Positions 47,884-59,647 of a stretch of 64,000 nucleotides of DNA are shown one piece after another; the first letter of the stretch is position 1; the number at the start of each line of letters is the position of its first letter. This DNA comes from Amphiscolops sp. MND2022. Its lineage: Eukaryota. The stretch spans positions 51,150,001 through 51,214,000 of the forward strand of contig OZ076419.1 of the NCBI GenBank assembly GCA_964187785.1, read 5' to 3'. Made by a program: the position numbers and the translations under genes. A model generated the notes under the pieces. It saw only the letters and a list, made by a program, of their open reading frames with translations. It did not search any database and had not been told where the DNA came from.

Positions 47884-48097
47884 CATTGTTAGTTCCCCCA
47901 GTAATGATCCATGCGCCTGTATTTTTGGCGGCGGCCATCAATCCCTTTTTGAACAGCCGACACAAATCGGGGGCCAGTTTGAAGTTTTCGCTTCCTCCCG
48001 TCACCGATATGATGATATTTGGTGTCTTCACTTGCCATGTTTTGGTACAAAGTTCGTAAAGGTCCTCGGGTTCCGTATCTGGGCTCACTCTGATGTA
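47884..48097 (-). CDS. TRPM-like channel exon (start of SLOG domain)
   Basis: tttttcag|TAC ATC AGA..AAC AAT G|GTTAG; reads YIRVSPDTEPEDLYELCTKTWQVKTPNIIISVTGGSENF..FKKGLMAAAKNTGAWIITGGTNNG, a classic TRPM N-terminal motif set. Confidence 0.93.
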
Positions 48098-49659
48098 CTG
48101 AAAAAGTCATGTCATAACCAACATGACCTAAAGATCTGCTACGGTGGCTTGAAATGAACCAATCGGAACTTAGTTGGTGCATCCTGACTTCCCGACCAAA
48201 GCTTGCTAGTCATAAACAATCGTGTTAAAAACCACAACTTCCAGACAATCATTATAAACACTATGATCCAGAACTGTGGCAACGTGCAGTCTATAGTCTG
48301 GACCATGTATGGTTCTCTCTATGCAGACAAGCGTAGTTTGGTCATTAAACCCAGACAAACCAGAGTTTTGGATTATTCCTATCTCGGAAGGCTATTTTCA
48401 CCTCAAAACCGGATTCAAAAAAACAAAGTTACCACGTTTACAAACCATGGAGGGTTTTGACTGACAAGGACTTCATTCAAAATATGTGATAAAAAACCTC
48501 ATCACCGGTTCTACACTAAGCTTTAACACATTTTTTTCCGAAGTTTTCGCGAGAGTTGCCAACCAGGGCAATCCACTTTGTTTTTATGATTCGCCACTGA
48601 TCATGATTTCGGCCACGAAGAATAATGATTGCACACATTGCTTACCATATAAGCGTGCTCATTAAAGCATCAGTTAGGAAGTCTCGTTTTCTTTGAGTGT
48701 TGCCACACCCTAGTCACAATATGATCCGTTTGTGAGCGAAACATTCTCTTCAAGTAAACGATGGAACAATATTCGAAGTGTTGGGGAAAAAAGTAACCAA
48801 TCTGCCCCGGAAAAAAGCAAAATTCTACAAATCGATGAAAAAACAACTGTAACGACAGTTTTTTTCACCAAAGAAAATGACATGAAGATCAACGACAACG
48901 CTGAAGAACGCTGACGTCAGAACGGAAAAACCAACGATCGGGTTCAACAAACTTGATTAGGAATTTAAAACGATAACGCAAAGCTGAAGAATTGACTTTT
49001 TACGTGTAAAGGAAAAGTTCCCCCGGAAGTTCATTGTTTGTGTATCTTTCATATGCTTGCTTTGACAGAATTGATTAAAATGGTCAATCATGTGGAATCC
49101 CACAAATACACCACGAGTCCCAGCTTTTATTGACGCTGCAGATTTTGTGATTCATGTTGACATGATATATATAGTAGTAGAACCAAGAATTTTTTGTGAC
49201 CAATTTTGGGACTTCAAGACTTTAAAATTGGATCTGTGAGCTTTTTACATCCCATGTTTTGCACTCACGGCGAATCTGCACTGATCTGTACAGATCCTGC
49301 CTGATATTCCAGGATTTGTTGAAAATTTAGCAGTCGTAAATACAGTTTTCAAACAGACATTAGTGAAATAAAAAGTGATCTGCAAGATGAACACGCTTTT
49401 ACTTTCAAGTTTTGAAAGACTTCTGAAGTTCCAGGTGAAAACTGCCTGAAAAGTTTTTCAGAACGCCTTTGAAGATCTGTTAGGATTCTTGCAGACCTGC
49501 CCTTATCCTGTCGAATCCGTGCCACAAATTTTACTAAACCTCAAGGGAATAAGGCTCACAGATCTTTACAGATTCTGAACGAGCTCGACATGGGACTGAT
49601 ACTAGAATCAAGTACAGGCCGGAGAATGAAATTAGGGACGTCTTTAAAAATCCGAAGAA

Positions 49660-51593
49660 CACTTTTTCGCGGACTCAGAATCAGAGTCTTGATTGTTCAG
49701 ATGAACAGGCTGTTTTTACTCAAAAGTGCTAACAACTTAAGCATTTCCTTTTGATTTTCTGCTTATATCTTTGTTAGATCAGACAAGATTTCTTTTCTCA
49801 AAGATGTTTTTATCTCATCAAGATTTTCGGGTTCAAATCTAAGAGTTTTGCTAGGTCCAGCTACTAACTTTTCAGATAAGTCATTTTCAACTACGGAGGC
49901 TTCAAGTTCTCCGGAAACTAATTCAGCTACAGCTTTTCTCGTTTGACTTCTAGTTGTCATTTTTGAATAGAGAAAAAAGAAGGTCTTTGAAAATGGAAAG
50001 GTCTTCAAAAAGCGCTGATGATTCAAAATATTTCAGCCCAGCATCATAAAATCAGGCAACGAAATTCCTACTTGCGTCGCTATTCCGTAAAATTTTGTTG
50101 AAATAATTTTTGTTCAGGCAATCCCATTTCCTGTTTGAGCTTCAAAATTGCGGTAAAAAAGTCTAGCTGACATTTTCATCAACGTAGGCACCGGCGTGAT
50201 CAATTAGTCAATTTCCAACTTAGGAAAACTGAGATTCCAAGCAAAAGTATGACTGGCCAAAACGATGATGGAACTAAAGCGGAGCAAAGAAATTCGGAAA
50301 TGGAAACATTTAGACATTGAAAGGAACAAACGATGCTGGGATAACGTACTTCACTTACTGTTAATGACATTAAATACTATTGCACTGGTTAAGGTACCAT
50401 TCAAACCAATACCAAATTGTACTATTCTACGTGAATAAAATAAACAACAACATAACTTGACATTAACGAAAACACTCCGTTACTTTGAGATGGTACAAAT
50501 CCAAATAACAAAACAAACACAGCTTTAGTAGCACCGCATGATTATGATCAATTGTATAGTGAGCATAGAGGCCTTGGCTCAAGGAATTACACTTCGGAAA
50601 AATAATGACCTTACGTTGTGATTTCGGTCCTTCAATTGCATTATAAGTTATGCACAGGATAAGATATCTGATTATACCTTTCTTTGAAACATGTTATTCG
50701 CAACGTAAGGTAAACGTAGCCCTTGTAATTACCACTAAAAATGCAATTCAATATAGCACACAATTCAAGGATACTTTCATCATATTCTGACTTATAGTAC
50801 AGTTTTGTTATGATGGATCATATTCACAAAGTACGTTGTTCTCCTGTAAAATCGTTCTTAGGATTACCAACAAGCTTCTTTTCATATTCATCATTTTACA
50901 ATCCGCTCCGTAGATGCTCCGTACGTATTAAGATTAGTTATAGCTGAGCAACGGAATACAATTTCAGAATCTGCTCCGTAGTCGCTCCGTACGTATTAAG
51001 ATTAGGTATAGCTGAGCAGCGGCGGCTGACGGAGAGAGAGCGGAGAGCGTAGTCGATTTCATTCTCTTTTTCTTGGCTAGTTGGCGTTGCTACGGGCAAC
51101 CAAGCACGATTCTATTAGCTTGAGCTCAAATAATTCAGTTAAGAAGCGACGCTATTGGTCCTTAAAAATAGAAACACCCGTTATTAGCTTAGCTGAGTGA
51201 CGATGTCATAACGTTGTAATTATTTGCTTAAAATCACTTGACTGAGACTTTAAGTGGATATTGACAGCTACATTAATACTGGTAAACAACTCCTCTATAC
51301 TATTTTGTATGTTCTTTTCATTTTAGATTGTAGGAACTCCGTTGGGATCGCGGAGTTAAATATTATTTTCAATGTTTCATTTTAGTGTGGAGAAGAAAGA
51401 AATGATCCCATTTAGGAAAATGTTTCTGTTTTAGTATTTAGATTAGTATGGAAATTTCAGAAGACAAAACCGGAAATTAAGAATAACGTTACGTGTGAAA
51501 ACATTAAACCGGAAGATTTAGTTAGCTCTAAAATCATTTCGAAAAATACTCCGTAACGCTTACGTTGGATCTCGTGTTCAGAAAATTATCTAC
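49660..51593 (-). mobile_element. Truncated LTR of the E1 family (with Gag N-terminal fragment MTTRSQTRKAV at 49960), interrupted by E3
   Basis: Collinear with 26720-28720; homology stops at 51593 where E3 begins; no PBS on the left. Confidence 0.8.
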
Positions 51594-53092
51594 TGTCGCA
51601 GGCGGCCGCCTGTGACGGAATATTATACCAAGTTGGACCCGAAGACGATGACACTAATCCCGGACCGGGTGTTTTGCCTATTTGAGAGAAAAACTCCGCA
51701 ATACGTTAATTATTTAGTTAACAATCTCCTCATGCATTTTAGTTCATTCATTCTTATTCATCTCTACATGTAAATATGAAGTCTTATTAATGTGACTCAA
51801 GGTCATTTTGACGGCATGAATAATTATATTTTGGTGCAATCTTATGTAAATTAGTTGTTACATCGCATTAATAATAATAATGTGAACTAGTACCAAAAGG
51901 TGCAAAACGCTGTACAAGCAGTTAATTTGATTGACGTTAATAATAACAATAGAAAGCAAGATGACTATTCAAGTGAATGGAAACGCGTTCAACTGGTATG
52001 CTGCTGCCGTCTAGTTGATGCGTAGTCACTTCGCTTCTAACCAATCACGGCGCTACATTTAGTTATAGTTCAATGCCGTCATGCGGACGTTAGGTCCAAT
52101 TAGTTAACGCATGTAGTGTTAAATCTGTAGTTGCATGAAAATCACCGTTAGCATGTACCTGTTATTAACCAGTATGTTGCTTCTATTTATAGGACCTATG
52201 ACGTGTAGTCATATGTCACCTCCGTTGCTATATTTAGAATTGTGACGTAATAGTTATTTTTAATAATGATGTCATTACTATTTTTACCCAATGACACCCT
52301 AAATATTGAGTGTCATGCTGTAGTTGCTATATATATGCAAAATTCCAGTAGGGGATTCATTCATTGTGATAACCTCAATATAAACCGTTCTGATATACAC
52401 TTTCGATTCAACAATCTATTATTGAACAAAACCATCTTTTGATATGCCTTCAACTAGAAGACAAAAGGCGAAAGAGAAACGTTCAAGACAATCTGACATA
52501 ATGTCTGATATTGAAAATCTAGATGTGATGCTAGGAAATTACTCAAACAGCGAAATTAGGGACCAAAACACGGTAGATCAAATAGAAATTGACCCTGAGT
52601 CAAGTAGACGGCAACAAGGTTTCAGTCATGAAGAAAGCAACTATAGATCCCTTTTGAATACAAATTTGAGTGAGAATAGTGAAATTACAGTAGAAACTAG
52701 CAGAGCAATTAGTTCAGAAATTTCTTCACAGATGTCAAGGAAATTGGAAGAAATGAAATCTGACCTAAATTCCCATATTATGGAGGTAATAAACTCTGCT
52801 ATTGATGAAAAAATACTACCGAGCATTGAAAATGTCATAGTAAATCACAGGGAGTGTAAAAACGCAAAATTGGACCTTCGGTCAGATGGACGGCATCCGA
52901 GTAGAAACGTCCCTATGGACGAGAATTTGGACCTTGGGTCATATGGACGGCATAAAATTAAATTTGGCCAACAGGTCCAGGACTCAAGAGAGAATTTTCC
53001 TAGACTAAGCAAGACAACAAATAACCATTCAAACCATCAAATGGAATGTTCGGGTGATTCTGAACAGAGTGAAAATGATGAAGGTTATGACA
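51594..53092 (+). repeat. E3 5' LTR (1499 bp)
   Basis: Starts TGTCGCAGGC (same TGTCGCA start and LS....CDG coding remnant as the E2 LTR) and ends GGTTATGACA before the PBS. The partner LTR is outside the window. Confidence 0.75.
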
Positions 53093-54240
53093 TGGTGACA
53101 GGAGCCAACCTTACTCCACATGTAGTCCCTGAATTTCTGACCGGACGTCCCACGCAGTCCAGAAATAAAATTCCCCATCAACAATGCGTCAACGATGACA
53201 CATTAGATACCACTCTCCCGGCACAAATTCCCTCAAACCCTATCAATGACCGGGAAATGCAGCCCCAAACACCTTTAGACCCCATAAACAGACTTGCCGA
53301 TGTCATTATGGGAATGAACAACAAATCATCAGCACAAACACTGATGGTACGACCAGTCAATACTGCCACACTCACATTTGACGGCAAATCTGAAAAATTT
53401 GAACTGTTTGAAGACCTTTTTCACACGGTGATAAAGATGCAACCCGAGATGACGGAAGCAATGAAAATTAATCACTTTCATTCACTGTTGCGCAAAAATG
53501 CCCTGCAAACCTTCCGCAACATCAGTTCAGCAAATAGACAAACCTTAGAAGACGTACTAGCTGTGTTTCGTAGGAAATATGTCAAACCTGAATCCCAGGC
53601 AACTGCCAAACATAAATGGCACAAATTGGTATTTGACCCAAACACGATGAAATTGCCCGATTTTCTCGAGGAACTCAATCAGGGCGCCGAAAAAGCCTTT
53701 GGCGAGCACGCACAAGCCATGATTGACAGTCTGCTATACGCAAAACTCCCACCGAAACTCAAACGTTCAGTCAACATGGCGCGATTAGAGAATGCCACCT
53801 ATGAAGAAATTGTCACTCATCTCGAACGAGAACTGGAGTTGAACGGACTTGAGGAAGGTGATGACATTCCCGTTCCCACAATGTCTACAGCCCCGACAGC
53901 CACACGACCGGGTCAAGGACTCCTTTCATCAGGCATTGACCCAGGAATAACTTGCAACTACTGCAAAAAACCTGGACATGTCAAAGACGATTGCCGAAAA
54001 CTAAAACGAAAGGAAGAGCAAAAACGCAATGAAGGCTCGAGTACCAAAAAAGAGTACCCAAAGTGCCCGACTTGTGACAAAACCAATCACCCGGCGGAGA
54101 GATGTTGGAAAGGCGCTGGAGCCCACCTCAAGCCCAAAAACCTCAAATTGGATAGTCCAAAGGATGACGACACGACCAGTAGTCGTGATGACCCTACCAA
54201 TAAACCCACAACTTCTATCCTTAAAAACTCAAAAAACTAG
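52444..54240 (+). CDS. gag: E3 Gag (598 aa), initiating inside the LTR
   Basis: SEKFELFEDLFHTVIKMQP..FRRKYVKPES; knuckles CNYCKKPGHVKDDC and CPTCDKTNHPAERC. Confidence 0.96.
   Translation: MPSTRRQKAKEKRSRQSDIMSDIENLDVMLGNYSNSEIRDQNTVDQIEIDPESSRRQQGFSHEESNYRSLLNTNLSENSEITVETSRAISSEISSQMSRKLEEMKSDLNSHIMEVINSAIDEKILPSIENVIVNHRECKNAKLDLRSDGRHPSRNVPMDENLDLGSYGRHKIKFGQQVQDSRENFPRLSKTTNNHSNHQMECSGDSEQSENDEGYDMVTGANLTPHVVPEFLTGRPTQSRNKIPHQQCVNDDTLDTTLPAQIPSNPINDREMQPQTPLDPINRLADVIMGMNNKSSAQTLMVRPVNTATLTFDGKSEKFELFEDLFHTVIKMQPEMTEAMKINHFHSLLRKNALQTFRNISSANRQTLEDVLAVFRRKYVKPESQATAKHKWHKLVFDPNTMKLPDFLEELNQGAEKAFGEHAQAMIDSLLYAKLPPKLKRSVNMARLENATYEEIVTHLERELELNGLEEGDDIPVPTMSTAPTATRPGQGLLSSGIDPGITCNYCKKPGHVKDDCRKLKRKEEQKRNEGSSTKKEYPKCPTCDKTNHPAERCWKGAGAHLKPKNLKLDSPKDDDTTSSRDDPTNKPTTSILKNSKN
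53093..53106 (+). promoter_or_regulatory. E3 primer-binding site TGGTGACAGGAGCC
   Basis: Identical to the E2 PBS; follows ..TATGACA. Confidence 0.88.
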
Positions 54241-57200
54241 ATTTGCCACGACTCCATATTAATGAAAAATTACGTATCAGACAATATATAATATCTGATC
54301 CTCCTACTATATATTATACTGAATATCACTCTTCAATTAAAGAAACTTCATCAGCTGACTGGCAGCAGCAGGTGAAGCATTTGCCTACTCACTTACACAA
54401 ACCGGACCTTCAGTCCGACAGACAGCACTCTAATACTACGACCATTCGCCCCCTTCCCCTAATTGATAACTACAACCCATATTATCCTGACCCGGACTTC
54501 GGATTCGACCCCTATTGGGACATTCAAATCTACAACCAACATCAGCTACATTTCTACAAAAACTTTACCAAAAACATTGCAGATATCGAACATGATCAAC
54601 CCCATATTGATCAGATGCTGAACACAAAACTATCCTCGGCCTCTGTTGACCCCTGGCAAAATGTGTGGATTAACACCAATTCACCAATCCAGGAGGAAAC
54701 AACCGAGCAACTTCCACACAATGGACCTTTGGTCACATTGACGGCAACAGTGGAAGAACGCTTTGTGAATACGCTGATCTCACGAAACGGTGAACCTGAC
54801 TACGTCCCGTTGACGACCAACTTGGGACTCAAATACAAAAGACGGATGCTCTACTTCCCCATGGATTTTGGCGAACTAACTTTAGATGGCCTTGTAGACA
54901 CGGGAGCCCTATCTAGCGCTATCCCAGAAGCTGATCTACGTAAAATCCGATTGTTAGCCCCTCAGTCAATAATTAAAGAGGGCCCGGCACCCAACTTCCA
55001 GATTATGGTAGCCAATGGACAGCTGGAGACTCCAAAGAGCACTGTTGAACTCAAATTCGAAGTCGGGGACATCGATTTCCATGAGATCTTCATCGTTATG
55101 GAAAAACTCACAAGTCCGTTAATTGGTCTCTCGTTCCTGCAACGGAACAATACCATACTGGACATGCGTCAAGGAGTTTTAAACTTCCCTTTCTTCTCCA
55201 TGCAATTGAAAACAGCTGACCACAAGTACACTAATGTCATGGAACCTATCTGTGCACGGGAGGACATAACTATTCCCCCCAACGACAGACATATGGTTTC
55301 CATGTTCTCACAACTATATGACGACACAAACGTCACTGGAATTATTCAACCGAGCAACGACCTTGCAGAAGATGGTGATATAACCTTCTGCGCCGCTCTA
55401 GTCACGCTGACCCAAGGTCAGGTATCAATCCATGTCAATAATTTCACTGACCAACCGTACACCCTCAAAAGAGGTGCGCACATTGCCAATTTCTCTGTCC
55501 TCACACCAGAGCAGATGAAATACGTCAAACCCATTGATCCTGTGACCACTTGGCACCTTTTAAAGGATAACCCGGAAAATGCTGCCTATTATGCCAGTAG
55601 CCTGATCAAATCTCCGAAAACTAGTGATGATAGTGAGAACTATTGGTTCCCTACTCCAGAAGAACCAGGAGATCCCCAAACTCACACACCAATACAACAA
55701 AGAATCCTTAGGGAACTACGAAATCTCCAAGATTTAGAGAAACTCAACCCTCTCGATGACCTCGAATCGCGAAAGCAATTCCTTGCTAACTTCGACTGGA
55801 CAGACTCGACGCTAAATCCAGCCGAAATTGCCCAAATTGAAGAATTACTTGTTGAATTTCACGATATTTTCGCACGACACCGCTTTGATATAGGTATGAA
55901 CGAGGACTTCAAGGTCACTTTGACCCCTAAAGATGACTCTCCTGCCTATAGTCAAAGCTTACCTACTCCTATCAACCTCAAAGAAGATATCCTTGTAGAA
56001 CTAGCACTACTACATCGATATGGGATTATAACAACTCTCCCATTTTCCAAATATGCAAGTCCCATCTTTGCCCAGAAAAAACCTAACGGCAAACTTCGAC
56101 TCCTGGTTGACCTCCGAAAGATCAACAACCTGATTTCTGACGATTACATCAACAACAACCATCCTGTCAGCACACTAACGGATGCTGCGCAGCACATGGC
56201 AGGTAAACGATTATTTTGCAAACTTGATTGTTCTCAAGCATACCACTGCCTTCAAATGGCTGACCAGAGGTCAATCGAGATGCTGGCATTCAATTTTGCC
56301 AGCAGAACCTTTGCCTATCGTAGACTTGCCCAAGGTCTAAGCAGAGCGCTGTCCGCATTTTCGAGCTTTATGCGCGAATATCTGGATAAAGTGATAAAAG
56401 CTGACCAATGCGCTCAGTACGTAGACGATATTGGGATAGCTGCAAACGACGCTACTCAGCTCATCAACAACCTTCGAGCAACGTTCCAGTGCATCAGGAC
56501 CGCTGGCCTCAAACTAACGATGCACAAGTGCCATTTCGGAGCCAAGGAAATCGACTTCCTGGGACGTACCATCACTCCTGAAGGGGTGCGACCACAACGA
56601 CCCAGGGTCCAGAATTTCTTGGAAAAGACCAAATTCCCTAAATCCAAGAAAGCCCTTCAAAGATACTTGGGATTCCTGAACTACTACCGTAACTACATTC
56701 CTAGACTCTCAGAAAAACTCACACCGTTTTTCAAGTTATTGAAAAGTGATGCCAAAGTCATGGTGACACCCGATCTGTTAGAAAAATTCACCGAGATCAA
56801 CAAAGCTCTTGACCGATGTTGTGAACTGGCGCTCAAACAACCTCTACCCGACAAACAGATAGCCCTGATGACAGACGCTAGTTTTTCGGCAGCAGGTTAT
56901 GCAGTTCTCATCGAGGACGATCCGATGGAAAAATATACTTCGACGCGAAAAGCCTTCGCACCTGTAGCATATGGATCCAAGACCTTTAGTCCAGCCCAAC
57001 TGAAGATGTCCATTTATGCCAAAGAATTCCTAGCAATATTCTTTGCATTCAAAGAGTTTGGCCATATCTTCTGGGGGACCCCGAAACCGGTGATAATACT
57101 AACAGACAACAAGTCAGTCACTCGCTTTTTTCAAACAAAAATCATTCCACCCACATTGTGGAACGCGTGTGACTACGTTATGCAATTCAGTTTCACAATA

Positions 57201-59420
57201 GCCCATATACCTGGCAAAAACAATACTGCCGCTGACTACTTGTCACGTCTAGAAATCTGTCCCAAAGAAAAACTCATACTCCGGATACGAGAAGATATTT
57301 CCACCACACCAATCGAACTCAACGTCCAATCAGCGGGAGTTACTGAAGAGGAACAGATCTTCTATACGGACGATGATGAAGAAACAGAAGAACAAATCTG
57401 GAAACGCAAACAAGACGCCAGGTCAAACCCAATGAATCAACCTCCTGATATTTTGTTAGATCATCTTAGCACTCATGATAATACACAATTCCAAACTCAA
57501 AATATACAAAAACTGGCAAAACCAACCACCATGGCTATAGAACAACAGAACGATCTTATCTTACATCAATTACGACTCAAACTGCAAAAAGAAGAATACT
57601 CTGAAACCATCTTACAGCAAGATTCGCGCTACCGACATTACTGCCGTCAAATTGACCGTCTGTCCGTACATGATGACATCATTTTCAGAGACTACTACGA
57701 TGAAACAGGCAGTGTCCAATTCCGCCAGGCATTATTACCGAAACATCTAGTCACAGAATTACTTCAATCACTACATGGTTCCGCGAACAAACACCCGGGA
57801 ATCTCAAAAATGCTGCACGAAATTCGACGAAAATACTACTTTCCTGGAATTGCCAAAACTGTCAAAAAGTGGGTCCAAGGGTGCGAAATTTGTATAAAAG
57901 ACAAAAGAATCAATAATGCATCCATAACACCTGAATTACTCAATTTACCTGAATGGGATTTTGGCCCAGAAGATGCCTTACAAATTGACATTCTGCCCAA
58001 CTTACCCCCCAGTGGAGGTTATGAAAATGTCATAACGGCTCTGGACGTGTTTTCGAGATATCTTTTTGCCTACCCAGTAACGGACGCTTCGGCCATCAAT
58101 ACGGCAAAGGTCATTATTGATATCATGACAAAACATTCCTACTTGCCGACTACACTCATCACCGACAAAGGCACTGCCTTTACGTCCAAACTACTAGAAG
58201 AAATTACCAAAATTTTAGGAATTCACCTTCGGTGCGCGACCACAAAGCATCCGCAGACGATAGGCAAACTAGAACGCACTCATGCCAGCCTCAAGGGCAA
58301 CCTTAAAATGGCATCAGGTGAATACAGGCGTCAATGGCACAAATATCTCCCATTGGCCGTCCTTAATTATAACACGACCTATCATTCAAGTCTTGGATGC
58401 GAACCCACCCGAATTTTTCACGGAAGAGTACCCTATAATATCTTAGACCATCGGTTAGGATTAAACCCTAACCCAAAGATCACTCCAACGACTGATTTTG
58501 CTGAAGAATTTCAAAGACGCACGCAAATATTAATTGATCAAACAAAGAAAAACATCATGCAATCATATTTAAAGTACAAGGAATATTATGACCGAAAGGC
58601 TAAAGCAGCTCCTCTACAACAAGGAGATTTTTGCTTCATTTTACAACCTCTAGCTGACCATCAAGGCTCTAAAATTCCTTTTCGTGAATTTCGTTGGATC
58701 GGACCGCACGTCATTGAAAAAGTTTTACCTAACGACAACTATATTGTTCGTAAACTTAGTACTAACAAAACGCAGCTATTACACCGAATACGCCTTAGAA
58801 AATACACTCCAAATACTACCCCACCAGACATTCGTCCCGAAGGAAATTTACAAGCAGACGATGAAATTATTATTCCACAGGATGATCTGTACATCATTTC
58901 ATGGGAAACCAATTTTGACGATTTCGCTCCTAATTCTGAAAATCGGACTGTTACTAATGAACTCCCTACCTATTCCGATGAACAGGATGCCATAATCACA
59001 GATTTGGACCTACGGTCCACGCGACGGCAAACAAATACTGACGCCGCTCACGCTGATGATACTGATAGTGACTCACGTTCAAACGAAATAAACGAAGCGG
59101 ACCTTCGGTCCGCGCGACGGCAATCAAATACTGAGGCTGATAATACGGAGCAGTACTCAAGAAATGCACACAACGAAGACCGTCAGTCCGCTAGACGGCA
59201 ACAAAGGACCGAATTTGAAAACGATGAATTGACAAATCAGGACCTACCTAGAGATGAAAATTCAGAATTTTCAACTTCTGGGGGGAACGATACAACCGTG
59301 CCCGATGTATTAATTGAAGAAACTGATGATTGTGTTGTAGAAAATGAAAGTCCTAGGGGAGGGAGATATAACTTACGCCCCAATCCTACCCCCAACTTTA
59401 CTGACGAATACAGATACTAG
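54225..59420 (+). CDS. pol: E3 Pol: protease, dUTPase-like insert, RT, RNase H, integrase (GPY/F)
   Basis: Uninterrupted 1725+ aa ORF: DTG at 54897, YVDD at 56418, TDASF..EFLA..TDNKS..ADYLS, HHCC (LHGSANKHPG..CEIC), QIDILP..ITDKG..LERT, WIGPH. Confidence 0.98.
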   Translation, partial: KLKKLDLPRLHINEKLRIRQYIISDPPTIYYTEYHSSIKETSSADWQQQVKHLPTHLHKPDLQSDRQHSNTTTIRPLPLIDNYNPYYPDPDFGFDPYWDIQIYNQHQLHFYKNFTKNIADIEHDQPHIDQMLNTKLSSASVDPWQNVWINTNSPIQEETTEQLPHNGPLVTLTATVEERFVNTLISRNGEPDYVPLTTNLGLKYKRRMLYFPMDFGELTLDGLVDTGALSSAIPEADLRKIRLLAPQSIIKEGPAPNFQIMVANGQLETPKSTVELKFEVGDIDFHEIFIVMEKLTSPLIGLSFLQRNNTILDMRQGVLNFPFFSMQLKTADHKYTNVMEPICAREDITIPPNDRHMVSMFSQLYDDTNVTGIIQPSNDLAEDGDITFCAALVTLTQGQVSIHVNNFTDQPYTLKRGAHIANFSVLTPEQMKYVKPIDPVTTWHLLKDNPENAAYYASSLIKSPKTSDDSENYWFPTPEEPGDPQTHTPIQQRILRELRNLQDLEKLNPLDDLESRKQFLANFDWTDSTLNPAEIAQIEELLVEFHDIFARHRFDIGMNEDFKVTLTPKDDSPAYSQSLPTPINLKEDILVELALLHRYGIITTLPFSKYASPIFAQKKPNGKLRLLVDLRKINNLISDDYINNNHPVSTLTDAAQHMAGKRLFCKLDCSQAYHCLQMADQRSIEMLAFNFASRTFAYRRLAQGLSRALSAFSSFMREYLDKVIKADQCAQYVDDIGIAANDATQLINNLRATFQCIRTAGLKLTMHKCHFGAKEIDFLGRTITPEGVRPQRPRVQNFLEKTKFPKSKKALQRYLGFLNYYRNYIPRLSEKLTPFFKLLKSDAKVMVTPDLLEKFTEINKALDRCCELALKQPLPDKQIALMTDASFSAAGYAVLIEDDPMEKYTSTRKAFAPVAYGSKTFSPAQLKMSIYAKEFLAIFFAFKEFGHIFWGTPKPVIILTDNKSVTRFFQTKIIPPTLWNACDYVMQFSFTIAHIPGKNNTAADYLSRLEICPKEKLILRIREDISTTPIELNVQSAGVTEEEQIFYTDDDEETEEQIWKRKQDARSNPMNQPPDILLDHLSTHDNTQFQTQNIQKLAKPTTMAIEQQNDLILHQLRLKLQKEEYSETILQQDSRYRHYCRQIDRLSVHDDIIFRDYYDETGSVQFRQALLPKHLVTELLQSLHGSANKHPGISKMLHEIRRKYYFPGIAKTVKKWVQGCEICIKDKRINNASITPELLNLPEWDFGPEDALQIDILPNLPPSGGYENVITALDVFSRYLFAYPVTDASAINTAKVIIDIMTKHSYLPTTLITDKGTAFTSKLLEEITKILGIHLRCATTKHPQTIGKLERTHASLKGNLKMASGEYRRQWHKYLPLAVLNYNTTYHSSLGCEPTRIFHGRVPYNILDHRLGLNPNPKITPTTDFAEEFQRRTQILIDQTKKNIMQSYLKYKEYYDRKAKAAPLQQGDFCFILQPLADHQGSKIPFREFRWIGPHVIEKVLPNDNYIVRKLSTNKTQLLHRIRLRKYTPNTTPPDIRPEGNLQADDEIIIPQDDLYIISWETNFDDFAPNSENRTVTNELPTYSDEQDAIITDLDLRSTRRQTNTDAAHADDTDSDSRSNEINEADLRSARRQSNTEADNTEQYSRNAHNEDRQSARRQQRTEFENDELTNQDLPRDENSEFSTSGGNDTTVPDVLIEETDDCVVENESPRGGRYNLRPNPTPNFTDEYRY
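54231..54237 (+). promoter_or_regulatory. E3 -1 frameshift slippery site A AAA AAC
   Basis: Canonical heptamer directly before the gag TAG; the pol frame (-1) is open from 54225. Confidence 0.82.
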
Positions 59421-59647
59421 TTAGAACATGTAAATTCACTGGCCCGACTCAACACCTTTTGACTCTCCAATTATCTTTTTATGGGCCTCGACTGACTTGT
59501 AGTCCACAATAACAGATCAAACACAGGCATCATAACGACACAACTGTACAAACAGACTGCAAATAATGATAAAATAAAAAATTCAAGACTGACAGACAAA
59601 CGAAAGATACATAAATACAACTAAAAACAAATGTACATATAGTACAA

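Noticed and set aside
48100-48460. Upstream TRPM exon(s)
   Set aside because: Open frames exist but lack the expected Cys-rich or PTDAFG-like motifs; not supportable.
49150-49620. Dispersed gatctg..agat motifs suggesting a repeat element
   Set aside because: Too degenerate to define boundaries or a class.
51611-51653. Alternative LTR boundaries (TGTGACGG at 51611, or minus-strand TGTCATCG at 51653)
   Set aside because: Homology to the E1-family LTR ends near 51590, and TGTCGCA at 51594 matches the E2 LTR start including the LS....CDG frame.
52641-56647. Short minus-strand ORFs opposite gag/pol (also 30473-35975 and plus-strand ones at 20940-27006)
   Set aside because: Shadow frames of real coding sequence with no motifs or splice support.
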